Below, piece after piece: positions 30,193 through 40,120 of a DNA stretch of 64,000 nucleotides (position 1 is its first letter; each line of letters opens with the position of its first letter). A program made the translations under genes and the position numbers. The stretch lies in NCBI GenBank assembly GCA_000004985.1, contig GG738917.1; one strand, 5' to 3'. The DNA is from Naegleria gruberi. Its lineage: Eukaryota. The notes beneath the pieces are model-generated. The model had not been told where the DNA came from, did no database searches, and saw nothing but the letters and a program-made list of their open reading frames with translations.

Positions 30193-31575
30193 TTATTCTA
30201 GGTCTTGTTGAAAACCAAGCAAATGAGAATTGTCAATTGTTGATCTTTTGCGTTGAGAGCCTAACAGATGGATTGATGAAGCAATTTCTTCAATAATGGA
30301 ATGTTGAGAAGCTTTCGAATAAGTGCAGCTGGTTTCGTCTAGAGTCGTTCTATGTTCCAACGCTACTAAAGAATTCACCTCTTCCATGCATAGAACCAAA
30401 ACCTCCACCTTTACCCTTCGATTCAAACTTTGGTTGTAAAATATCCACTCATTCGAAAGCGCTTGCGAATCTTGCAGTTTCTCCACCTTTCTATCTCTGA
30501 AATTTTCCACAAAATTTGGAATTTGTTGAACCCCAACAGAATTCATCGTTTCTGCACTCTCAAAATTCAGGAATGCTCCAATTTGATCCTGATGAATCAT
30601 TTTATGAATCAAATTTCTATTCGAAAGCTCCAAAGACTGCTCACAATCAGCAAATAATTGTAACTTGATTTGATCCAGTTCAGTATCTATGAAATTTCCC
30701 CTTCTATCCTTCAATTGAATATTCTTGAATAGAAATGTTGAGATTGTTTCACAAAATTGATTCGATTGTACAAATTCCTGAACGCATTTCTCATAATTTT
30801 CTGAAATGTTGAAGATTATTCCACTTTCTTCATCCACAATTTCAACCATTGAATAAGGATTGGTTGTTGCTGCTGTATTGGAAATTATGGACAATGAAGA
30901 GTTGACTAAGGATTGAAAATGAGAGTTGGAACTATTCATGGTTTTGCATCTTGTGTCCATCGTGTTCATTCTGGATTTGTATGGAGAAACCATTGGAAAT
31001 GAGCCACTCACACATCGTCTCAAAAGTGTCAAGGCAGAATAAAGTGTTCCAGCCAGTTTATCCTTTCTTCTCAATGTGGTGGATAGTACTGTTTCCATAT
31101 TTGGTGTAATAGTATTTGGAACTTGAATCTGTCCACAACCTAAGAGGGAATCCTTGGAGAAGAATTTGGATTCCATAATTGAAACTCTTATTGAAAGGTT
31201 TTGACAATTATGAACATGATTCAAATTGAAAGTTAAAGTTGAATCTATAGTTAAGGAAAGAATCTTCATTTCATCATAATTGCCAGCAAATGAGGAAGGT
31301 GAAGAGGCACAATCATCATTATTAGTGGACACAAGTGTTGGACATATGGAAATTTTAATAGGTTTACTCAATGGTACTTCGTGTTGTTCACAAGGATTGT
31401 CTTGTTGTTGTTGTTGTTGTTGTTGATGGGGCAACGAAGCGAACAACTCTACTAGACAATATAATCGCTTGGAACCAACACTTTGATTCTTCTTCTTCTT
31501 TCCAATAGATTCTTCTGCTGTTTGGAAGAAACAATGATGCAAATGCAACGAGATGAGGTCACCATTCAAAAACAT
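30193..31575 (-). CDS. Hypothetical protein with a poly-Q tract.
   Basis: 460-aa ORF. (CAA)n on the coding strand at 31389-31424. No confident domain assignment. Confidence 0.45.
   Translation of the reverse strand: MFLNGDLISLHLHHCFFQTAEESIGKKKKNQSVGSKRLYCLVELFASLPHQQQQQQQQDNPCEQHEVPLSKPIKISICPTLVSTNNDDCASSPSSFAGNYDEMKILSLTIDSTLTFNLNHVHNCQNLSIRVSIMESKFFSKDSLLGCGQIQVPNTITPNMETVLSTTLRRKDKLAGTLYSALTLLRRCVSGSFPMVSPYKSRMNTMDTRCKTMNSSNSHFQSLVNSSLSIISNTAATTNPYSMVEIVDEESGIIFNISENYEKCVQEFVQSNQFCETISTFLFKNIQLKDRRGNFIDTELDQIKLQLFADCEQSLELSNRNLIHKMIHQDQIGAFLNFESAETMNSVGVQQIPNFVENFRDRKVEKLQDSQALSNEWIFYNQSLNRRVKVEVLVLCMEEVNSLVALEHRTTLDETSCTYSKASQHSIIEEIASSIHLLGSQRKRSTIDNSHLLGFQQDLE
31389..31424 (-). repeat. 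(CAA)12 microsatellite encoding poly-Gln.
   Basis: ttgttgttg... on the plus strand within the 30193-31575 CDS. Confidence 0.8.
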
Positions 31576-31727
31576 TTTTTATGAGTTGGAATTTATGAAT
31601 CATCAGTTCTTCTTTATCACCTACTTATAATGTTGTTTGGGTCACTTATTTTGTTGTGATTGTCAAATATCATACCTTACTTCAACTTCCAAATTTGTAA
31701 AGTGATAATACCAAACCTACTACTTCC

Positions 31728-34558
31728 CTACTCTGAAATCAAGCAAGTTGCGTCGCTCCATCTTCCACTTGATGGTCTCAAAGTCCATTCAGAGAATCTT
31801 TTGAATGAATCTGCACAAATTAATTGGGTAATCTGCATTTGTAATTTATCAAATAAGTCTAATTGTGCATATCCATTCTTGATTTTTTCATATTCACTTT
31901 CGTAGACTGCATGGGATATATTAAGGAAGGTGTTTGAAGATTTTTCGAGATACTTGCTGATTATTTCCTGTTGTTTCTTTCCTCTGTCTATGGTTGTACT
32001 GGTTGACTTGTATGCTCGAACTTCTTCCAAGAATGCTAAATTCTCTGCACTTTTTTCCTTCTCCAAGAAGATTCTAAATAATGAAAGGAGAGTTGGATTA
32101 TTGAACATGTTTTCAAACTCTTCAATGTTTCTCGCCTCATCAACAGTTCTTCTTCTGGTTAGGGCAGTTCTAATATCCTTTTTTTGCTCCGTTATTTTCA
32201 TGACTAGAACGTAGGTATCGACTGGTTTACCACAAGAATTTGAAACTTTTGACTTGGTAATGTTGATAGAGACTGGCACAGGTGTACTCAGTGAAGAGAG
32301 CAAATTAGTCTCCCATCTTGTCTCAGAAATTAATAATTCATCAAATTTTTGTAGTAAATCCTTAAAGGGTAGCTTTTCTTGTAAGTATTGGACTATATTA
32401 TAGATTTGAGAGGAATTCTTTGCTTTTCTGGCTATTTTAGACTCGAAGGAGGTATTGGCAGATATGATTGAACCGTCACAAGCGTCTATGAAAGCTACAA
32501 GCTCTGGTACAGAATTCATTACGCTTCTATTCTTATGTTCCTCAATAGAAGCCCTTTCCAACAGCTTTTTGATTGATTTGTTGTCCTTTTCCAATTTCTT
32601 TTGATTTAGATCCAATACATCGAGCATTCCATTAATGAAAAAGGTTAGCTCTCCAACTTCATCCTTATATTTCGATATTAGTCGTTTTGTAAAGTCAGAA
32701 GTCTGAATAATTGATTTAACAAATTTTGATACTACCAAAATACGTCTAATTACAAACAGCTCTATAAAAAAGATCATTACTACTAATGATACAAATATAA
32801 ATAACCACGATACAAAAATACCCAAAAAACAAGATTCCCAAATGATTACAACGTACTCTCTTACAACATCTGATCTTAGGACAACAGTATATTCCCCATA
32901 AAAATCAGGAATCATATGATATGAAACAAGCCTCTTTCTTTTTGAAATTATGCTTGGAAGGTCTTTGTCTTGAGTGCAAACACGAAAATCAGTCTTGAGA
33001 TCATCGAGCAGAACTGTATTTGAATCCAAAGCGAAAACCTTGCTTTGACCATACTGATATCTAACCTCTATTTCATTCGATATTTGAAGAAATACATTTG
33101 AGGCATTTCCTTCAAATGATGTACCAAGTGATTTTCCTAAAAGAGACAACTCTGATTGATTTCTCAAATTGAATACAGTGATACACGAGGATGTAAAGGA
33201 AGAGATTGGTTCTAGTCTATCCAAAGTAATGTACCTTCCAAACATTAGTACATATGGCACACCAAATGTTTTCATAATGGAAATCATGAGAATGTGAGTG
33301 CTGTTAGTGTGAGGTTCAGCAGTCCCAAGAAATATTATTGGATTCTCAACATTAATGTATCCAGATTTGATAATTTCATCCTGTAGATTGTTCTTATTAA
33401 TATCCAAAGGTAAAGTCAAAACCTCTTTAGGAGGTTTTATAGGCTTTCCATTATGACATGCAGAAAGGTATGTTAATTCACTCGAATAATTGTAAATTCC
33501 AACAATATCAACTCCAACAATATCCAATCTTGGACAATTGAATAACTCTCCAAATATTGATATTGTTCCTCTTCAGTAGTGGTACTCTCTTTGAAATCTA
33601 TAGCTCTATTATGTCCATACTCGTATAACTTTGATTCTAATTTGTGCATCTTATTGAGAAATGTAACAGTTCCTGAAATACCCATCGATTGACCTTTTGT
33701 TGCCTCAACATTATCTGAGGCATATGCAGAGAAAATTGCAAGTAGTCCAAACAAGAAAATTGTCAGTAGTACCACAAAAACAAATAGACCACTCCAAACA
33801 CAAACTCTCAAATTCATAAACATATCCTTCCAAATGTTTTGTTGCTGTTTAATCCTCTCTTGATATTTGGCAATGAAAGCAGTGATAGAATACTGCTTAC
33901 TCACCTCATCAGAGCTTGGATTACTTCTCGGTGTCAATGTCGAAGGAGCAAACAAAGAAGGAGATGCTACCTTCTCAATCAAGAGAGGTCCCACAGAGAC
34001 TGGGGATTGTGGCGAACCCACTCTAAACATTATTTCTTGTTGTCCATTCATACTTTGATTATTATTACTATTATTATTGAATTTGTTAGTGTTGGGTGTT
34101 GTTGGTTCATCTCGACTGCTTTGAATAGTTAGAGGTGATGAAACATTTCTCCTCCTCGTGTAAACATCGACCATTCCTGATTGGATGGGTGTTGAAGAAG
34201 AAAGAGGTTCCACTGAAAAACCAAACATCAAGTCGCTTCCTGTGGGTGATGATGAAGTTAGAGGATTCTGTTGTTCCTCTTCTTGTTGTACTTCTATGAG
34301 AATGTTTGTTCTTCCATATGATGATGATGATAAGGATGAAACCAAATCTTGTTGTTGTTGTTGTTGAATAGCATGCAATATATTACAACTTGTGGGTGTT
34401 GATGTTGAACCCGAAGCACACTCCAATATTATATTATTAATATTAATTGTTGTAGCCTGAACATTGTCCATAATATTATCATCTCCACCAATGCTGCTAC
34501 CACAACCATCATCATCAACTCGACAACAACAATCTGTCTGCTTTCCTTGTTCAGACAT
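31728..34558 (-). CDS. Two-TM sensor-type membrane protein. It has a long low-complexity cytoplasmic N-terminus, TM1, an extracellular domain of about 230 aa, TM2, a HAMP domain, a possible PAS-like segment and a C-terminal RGS domain. The two ORFs (33473-34558 and 31728-33527) are joined by a frame change near 33480-33530.
   Basis: TM1 VWSGLFVFVVLLTIFLFGLLAIF. TM2 VVIIWESCFLGIFVSWLFIFVSLVVMIFFIELFV. HAMP-like FVKSIIQTSDFTKRLISKYKDEVGELTFFINGMLDVL. RGS-like FRIFLEKEKSAENLAFLEEVRAYK...IISKYLEK...LQMQITQLICADSFKRF. Removing a 38-nt GT...AG segment (gtgaattaacatacctttctgcatgtcataatggaaag) connects ...EFTIIR to PIKPPKEVLTLPLD in frame. Confidence 0.65.
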
Positions 34559-34953
34559 TTTGAATTGGTTGATATATTATAATTCATACGTTGTCGTCAG
34601 TAGCGGCAAATAACAAATACGTTGTATGATGCTGATGTCTCAATTATTACGAAGATAGAAGCATCGATTTCATCTCTCATCAGTATAGGGAAATGTGTGA
34701 TGATAGAAAATCTCTCGCTTGGATTTTAATATCTTAAGCTATAAAATAGTAGAGAAGGAGATGGAATAACATGACGATTTTATTTTTTTAATAATATTTT
34801 TTTAAACACTTTACAAAATCTTAAACCTTTAATATTAATGTTACTATTACATCTATTTTTATATAATATTACAAAAAAAAATTTCTCTTCGATATTACTT
34901 TCATCACGTTTTACTTGAACAAATAACAACAATATAATAATTAAAACAAAAAC

Positions 34954-36162
34954 ATGAATGTCAAACACAAGTATCCATGTACACATTGCAAATCGGAAGT
35001 TTATTTTCAACCATCGTCGACTATGGCATCCAATTCAGCAGCCCTCGATGATGGTTTTGTCTTTATTACATCAAATGATGGTGGTGGCGGACAAACACCA
35101 ACCAACAATACAACAAGCCTAAATATTGAATGTAATCATAGCGGAAAGATTGAACGGATTGAAGATATTGAATATCTAACGGAGGATATATTGAGTTCCA
35201 TCACTATAGGAGAGGATTTGAAAAAGAATACAAAATTATCAACGCTCATCAATGATCTGTATTTATGTAATACTTGTATGACTGATTTGTTTGGTGGACT
35301 TTCGGAGGAAATTGAACAATTAGAATTGGAATGTAAATTATATGATGAAAAATTGAAAAAATCGAAAAAGTTTGATACGAATGGAATGTACAAGAAATAC
35401 ATGAAGGAAATGGATGAATTGAGGAATGAAGAGTTGGTTCTCAGAGAGCAGGTTAATGTTATACAGAATGATAGGCATCGAATTGGAAGAAATATTACAA
35501 GTTTACAAACTGAATATAATACTCAACAGGAAAGCGAGAAGAATTATTGGAAAATTTATTTTCAATTCATTCATAATAATCAGTTCCTTGCAGAGGAAAA
35601 TCGTAGAAAGAGTCAATTGATAGATAAGGAGGATAAAATTAGAAGGAAATCACCTCTTGCTGGCATGTTTCATTTGTGGTATGAAGGATCGTATGGTACG
35701 ATCAATGGATTGAGAATGGGTCGTCTAAGACATGATCCTGTAAGTTGGGAGGAAATCAATGCTGCCTGGGGACTTGCAGTCTTGTTGTTAGATCTTACTG
35801 CCCAACAATTGAATAATTTCAAATTTACCAAATACAAACTGGTGCCAAAGGCCAGCTGTTCATCCATTAAGGAACTGGAGAGTGGAGACAAGTATGATTT
35901 ATTCTTCTCTTCCACTAGAAACATTCAATCATTCAATGAGGGAATGAAATGCTTCCTATTCTGCCTTGAAGAATTATGTCAACATATTGGTATTGTAGTG
36001 CCAGGTTCCTCAATTGGAACTAGATTGATAGTCAAGGCCGATGAGGGTAAGATTCAAGACTTGAGCATGCTGTACAGTGTCGAAAGAGAATACGAGTGGA
36101 CAAAGGCATTGAAGTATCTCATCATTAACCTCAAATTTGTACAAAAGAATGTAATCAAATAA
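34954..36162 (+). CDS. atg6: Beclin-1 / Atg6 (Vps30) homologue: coiled-coil plus C-terminal BARA domain.
   Basis: FHLWYEGSYGTINGLRMGRLRHDPVSWEEINAAWGLAVLLLDLTAQQL matches the Beclin-1 signature ...GQFGTINNFRLGRLP..VEWNEINAAWGQTVLLL. A coiled-coil region is upstream. Confidence 0.85.
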   Translation: MNVKHKYPCTHCKSEVYFQPSSTMASNSAALDDGFVFITSNDGGGGQTPTNNTTSLNIECNHSGKIERIEDIEYLTEDILSSITIGEDLKKNTKLSTLINDLYLCNTCMTDLFGGLSEEIEQLELECKLYDEKLKKSKKFDTNGMYKKYMKEMDELRNEELVLREQVNVIQNDRHRIGRNITSLQTEYNTQQESEKNYWKIYFQFIHNNQFLAEENRRKSQLIDKEDKIRRKSPLAGMFHLWYEGSYGTINGLRMGRLRHDPVSWEEINAAWGLAVLLLDLTAQQLNNFKFTKYKLVPKASCSSIKELESGDKYDLFFSSTRNIQSFNEGMKCFLFCLEELCQHIGIVVPGSSIGTRLIVKADEGKIQDLSMLYSVEREYEWTKALKYLIINLKFVQKNVIK

Positions 36163-36296
36163 TTGTTGATTTCATTATTTATTAATACTTCTATGACATG
36201 TGTTTAGTATATTCACATACCTTCTACAAATAGATGTTTCATGTAATATTTTCGAATTTGGATTAAAAGAGAAATTGGAAATAGAATGAATTAATT

Positions 36297-37067
36297 TTGG
36301 ACTTGTTATTTGCATATTTAGAAGTTTCTACTTTGGTATTTATGTCATCATTCACCTGTTTTGCCTTGTTGAATAGATCTTTGAAAAAAAACTTCAACAT
36401 GCAACAACAACAGCAAACAACCAGCAGAAAATCAACAGTATCCTTCCAGGAAGAGAGCATCGAGTGCCAAGATACACCAGTGCTGGATAGACGAATGTCA
36501 TTATTGGCCAAGGCGAAACGAAGGGTTTCTCTCGTTTTGAAAAAGAAAAGTCCACAAAATGCAACACCCGATAATGATAATCACCAACAACAAGAAAAGA
36601 TAACACCACGAAGTGATTCGAATAGTACTGGGAATTTTGACGCAGATTCATTCTATTCGAATGCTGGTTCGACAACTTCATCTTCTACACTTTCGAATAG
36701 TTTTTCATCACCAAGAAATGAACGACCAAGGTTCAGTTTTGCTTCCCTCTTTCCTACATTTACGTGTCCATCAGGAAACACCAAAAAACTGGAAGTTTCA
36801 GCAGATTTCGACAAGATGAAACACGAACGAATGCTACGAGTGAAATACTATGAAGATCAATTGGAATTTAAGAAAGTCAAAAGTATAACCAACACGAGCA
36901 GAGACAATTTCAAAAACAAATTGAAATCTAGAAAGAGTTTCCACACTTCAACAATTTTGAATCAACCCAAGCAAGAAACCATATCAACAAACGAAACTAA
37001 TATTACAACACTAATTCATAGAAATTCGAAAAAGTGGAATTGGACCTTTTACGAAATAATTCAATAA
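36297..37067 (+). CDS. Hypothetical Ser-rich basic protein. It may start at the internal Met at about 36398.
   Basis: 256-aa ORF with a poly-Q/S-rich composition typical of the neighbourhood. No domain recognised. Confidence 0.4.
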   Translation: MDLLFAYLEVSTLVFMSSFTCFALLNRSLKKNFNMQQQQQTTSRKSTVSFQEESIECQDTPVLDRRMSLLAKAKRRVSLVLKKKSPQNATPDNDNHQQQEKITPRSDSNSTGNFDADSFYSNAGSTTSSSTLSNSFSSPRNERPRFSFASLFPTFTCPSGNTKKLEVSADFDKMKHERMLRVKYYEDQLEFKKVKSITNTSRDNFKNKLKSRKSFHTSTILNQPKQETISTNETNITTLIHRNSKKWNWTFYEIIQ

Positions 37068-37290
37068 AAATTGCAAACCAATTCCAACCTTGATATCATC
37101 GTGGGAGATTTTCTCTAAAACAAAGCAAATTGAGATGAAGTAGTTGATGGTTCCAATAATGAAATTTCAATTTGATTAATGCTTGTTTCATCAGCCTTTT
37201 CATTATTTAAAAATATTTGTAAACCAAATTGTAAAAATTGAAGCGATCAGATCGTGAACTTGCATTAGAATTGTAATGAAGCAACAACAA

Positions 37291-37387
37291 CCCAGTGTGG
37301 TCTAATGTTAAGATAGATGACTTTGTGATGAGGTATAATCTACCTTGTTAAATTCATCAGATCCAGGTGCAAGTCCTGGCATTGGGT
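37291..37387 (+). tRNA. tRNA-like element with a 26-nt insert in the anticodon loop: either an intron-containing tRNA (anticodon UUG, Gln, if the canonical 37/38 intron position applies) or a tRNA-derived pseudogene.
   Basis: Cloverleaf: acceptor CCCAGTG/CATTGGG (one G-T pair). D-stem GTCT/AGAT. Anticodon stem GATGA/TCATC separated by 33 nt. Variable loop AGAT. T-stem CCAGG/CCTGG with loop TGCAAGT. Non-canonical points: no GG in the D-loop, G at position 55, and T at position 37. Confidence 0.35.
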
Positions 37388-37590
37388 ATTTTTGTTTAAT
37401 TATTAAAGCGTGACTAAAACAGGACTAAATACTCTAGATCTTTTATTTGTTGCACAAAAGTTGTAAATCAAGCAGCGGAATTTGTTTGAAAATTTGCTGA
37501 ACCAAGTTTTTTGTTTTGCTTTTCTATTTCAAGGTAATCATCCACCATTCGTTTAAAAATAGAAAAACAAAAAGAAAATAACAAAACAAC

Positions 37591-38391
37591 ATGTTGAGCT
37601 TAATTTCCCACAAAAGAAAAGTTTCTCTCTGCCCAGATGAAGTCAATCAAGTTTTGGAATTTGCCAATCTCACCGATTTAAAAACTAATTTGAAACTGTC
37701 TCAAGTCAACCGTGAATTTCAAGCTCTCACTTCCTCTGATGAATATTGGAAGGTAATCTATTCTAAAGATAAATCACTCAAATATGAACGAAACATTCCT
37801 CAACACAATTACAAGGAAAATTATCTTTCCTTAAAGAGTGAACAATATCTCAGAAAGAAAAAATACGAATACGAAAAGAAATCAGAAAGGAGAACACGAA
37901 ATGCGTGTTGCACCTATTGTTTTCTAACAATTTTATTGTTATTCACAATTGGTATTTTTGGAATTGTATATGGTGGTCTTGGATTTACAAATGAGGTAAA
38001 ATGTGGAAGAATATTGCTAAAAACGGAAAGAATAGAAATAGTTCATCCTTGTTTTCCAAGCACTCCTAATTGTACCCAATCCATTACCTTCTTATTGAGA
38101 TACACCTTACTAGATTATGTTATCTCACACTCAAATGAGCTACTTTACAACTCAACTCAAGTCTACGAATGTCAAGAATCAAAATGCCATCCGGAAGAGC
38201 ACATAATCCCTGCACACCCCTGTCTTTTTGATCCAGTCACCAAAACTCAGACATATTTCTCTTCGTTAAGTGCTTTAGTTTGGATTCTTTTTGGTATTTT
38301 CCTTGTAGGTGGCAGTTGTCTTTGTTGTAAATCTTTTGGAGAACTATTCTTGGGTATAGATTTTTCAAACGAACCTTGCATGAAGGTGTAA
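37591..38391 (+). CDS. F-box-like N-terminus followed by a Cys-containing membrane region (two predicted TM segments).
   Basis: QVLEFANLTDLKTNLKLSQVNREFQALTSSDEYWK (F-box-like). Hydrophobic CTYCFLTILLLFTIGIFGIVYGG and ALVWILFGIFLVGGSCLCC. Confidence 0.5.
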   Translation: MLSLISHKRKVSLCPDEVNQVLEFANLTDLKTNLKLSQVNREFQALTSSDEYWKVIYSKDKSLKYERNIPQHNYKENYLSLKSEQYLRKKKYEYEKKSERRTRNACCTYCFLTILLLFTIGIFGIVYGGLGFTNEVKCGRILLKTERIEIVHPCFPSTPNCTQSITFLLRYTLLDYVISHSNELLYNSTQVYECQESKCHPEEHIIPAHPCLFDPVTKTQTYFSSLSALVWILFGIFLVGGSCLCCKSFGELFLGIDFSNEPCMKV

Positions 38392-38464
38392 TATAAGTAT
38401 ATTTGATATAGACCTTTCTTTTTAATGTTTTCTATGTGTGAGGAATTATCATAATTATGGAGAG

Positions 38465-39724
38465 CTATCTCATACCATCATTTTCAGCTTCACAATGGAA
38501 CATAAATTTGTCCAATAGATTTCCTTCTTTTTCATCAATTGACTTTCCCTCATAGTATGGATCTTCACTATATGAGTGTTCATAAGAAATGCTATTCAGT
38601 TTTTTCAAATATGGTGAATTGACAATATATTGGACACAATCATTTCCAGAGTTTGTTCGAGTAATGTCTAATCGTGTTAAATTTTTCATATTTGGGCTCT
38701 GAGCCAGATACTTTACGCCTTCGTCGCCAATGTCTGTATATTCAAATTCCAATTCTTCAATACTGGCTGCATTCTCACTTGAACACATAATTCTAACTCC
38801 TTCAGCATCAAAACTACATCTATCCAAAATAAGTCTCTTGAGCTTTTTTAAATATGGACTTGATGCAAAATATTTCATTCCTTCATTTCCAATACTTGTC
38901 ATTCCAATATCTAGATCTGTAAGATTTGAAAAATTGGGACTTTCACACATTAATTTGAATCCTTCATCACCACCCAAATCTGTCATTTCAAGTTTGACCA
39001 GTTTTGAAAATTTGGGATGACTTGATAATATTTTGATACCTTCAATTGTGAAACCATTCCAATAGGATATCAAAGTATTCAACTTATTGAAATTATTGCT
39101 TTCTGCTATAATTTTCAAACCTTCATCATCTGTCCTAAATCTATACAAATCCAACCATTGTATATTCTTTGAAATGTCCGAATTTGCAACCAATTGCAAC
39201 ATTTCACAACTTGTTTTAACATTGCTTTCATAACTTGTAATTGCAAGTGTTTTTAGCTTTTTAAAAGATCCACAATTGACCAATATTTCAACATGATTTC
39301 TTGATGGCTTGAACAATGTCAACCCCGTTGTAAACTGACTCACCAAACTATTACAATATTCTTCAAAATTATTTTCATAATCAAGATTATAAAAACTCTG
39401 CGACTGGTCAATAAAATTATCAAATTCCAAAGCAATCCGAAACCATCTCTTGCAAGTGGGCATAATTTCCGAAATTAATTGCGACAAGGAACAAAATTGG
39501 AAAATATTTGTGAGCATGTCATCATGATCAAGAGTGTGAAAAAGTGCTGCTGTTTCTTCTTGCGACATTTTTTTTTTAAAAGTTTTATTTACAATAAATT
39601 GGCTTTGGATCCATAGCCACGTGTCTACACGATGTTTATGGTGCACATTATGTTTCTTGGTTACTTTTATGGATGATAACCTACCATGATTACCAGATCC
39701 ATAAATATCTTCAAAATTTGTCAA
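38465..39724 (-). CDS. F-box / RNI-type leucine-rich-repeat protein. The likely start is the internal Met MSQEETAALF at about 39570.
   Basis: F-box-like MLTNIFQFCSLSQLISEIMPTCKRWFRIA. About 9 LRR units of the type NLTDLDIGMTSIGNEGMKYFASSPYLKKLKRLILDRCSFDAEGVRIM. Confidence 0.7.
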   Translation of the reverse strand: MTNFEDIYGSGNHGRLSSIKVTKKHNVHHKHRVDTWLWIQSQFIVNKTFKKKMSQEETAALFHTLDHDDMLTNIFQFCSLSQLISEIMPTCKRWFRIALEFDNFIDQSQSFYNLDYENNFEEYCNSLVSQFTTGLTLFKPSRNHVEILVNCGSFKKLKTLAITSYESNVKTSCEMLQLVANSDISKNIQWLDLYRFRTDDEGLKIIAESNNFNKLNTLISYWNGFTIEGIKILSSHPKFSKLVKLEMTDLGGDEGFKLMCESPNFSNLTDLDIGMTSIGNEGMKYFASSPYLKKLKRLILDRCSFDAEGVRIMCSSENAASIEELEFEYTDIGDEGVKYLAQSPNMKNLTRLDITRTNSGNDCVQYIVNSPYLKKLNSISYEHSYSEDPYYEGKSIDEKEGNLLDKFMFHCEAENDGMR

Positions 39725-40120
39725 TTAAATTGTTGTTGCTCATATAAAACAAATTCGAAACAATAATCAAGGCAAATATTCCTAAAGCAAGTTTAGAATT
39801 CTCCTTACTGACTGGTCCATGAAAATCATGTTCGATTTTGAAATTTCATTTACGAATTATCAACTAGATAATTTGAGGTCAACTGGTTGGAAATCAGAAC
39901 AGTATATTGAAAACAACTAACGAAAATACTCATGCTAAATGACATTTTATTGTTGTATTCAAAAGATATATGAGTTTCTTCTATCGCATACTATCACGGA
40001 ATAGTTATACTTTTAGAGTTGGTTTCTTCTTGAGTCCAATAATTAGGATAGTTATCCATTACCTTTTACAAAACCTTAATAAAATGAACGTTCACAATTG
40101 TAAAGCGGATTAATTGTCAC

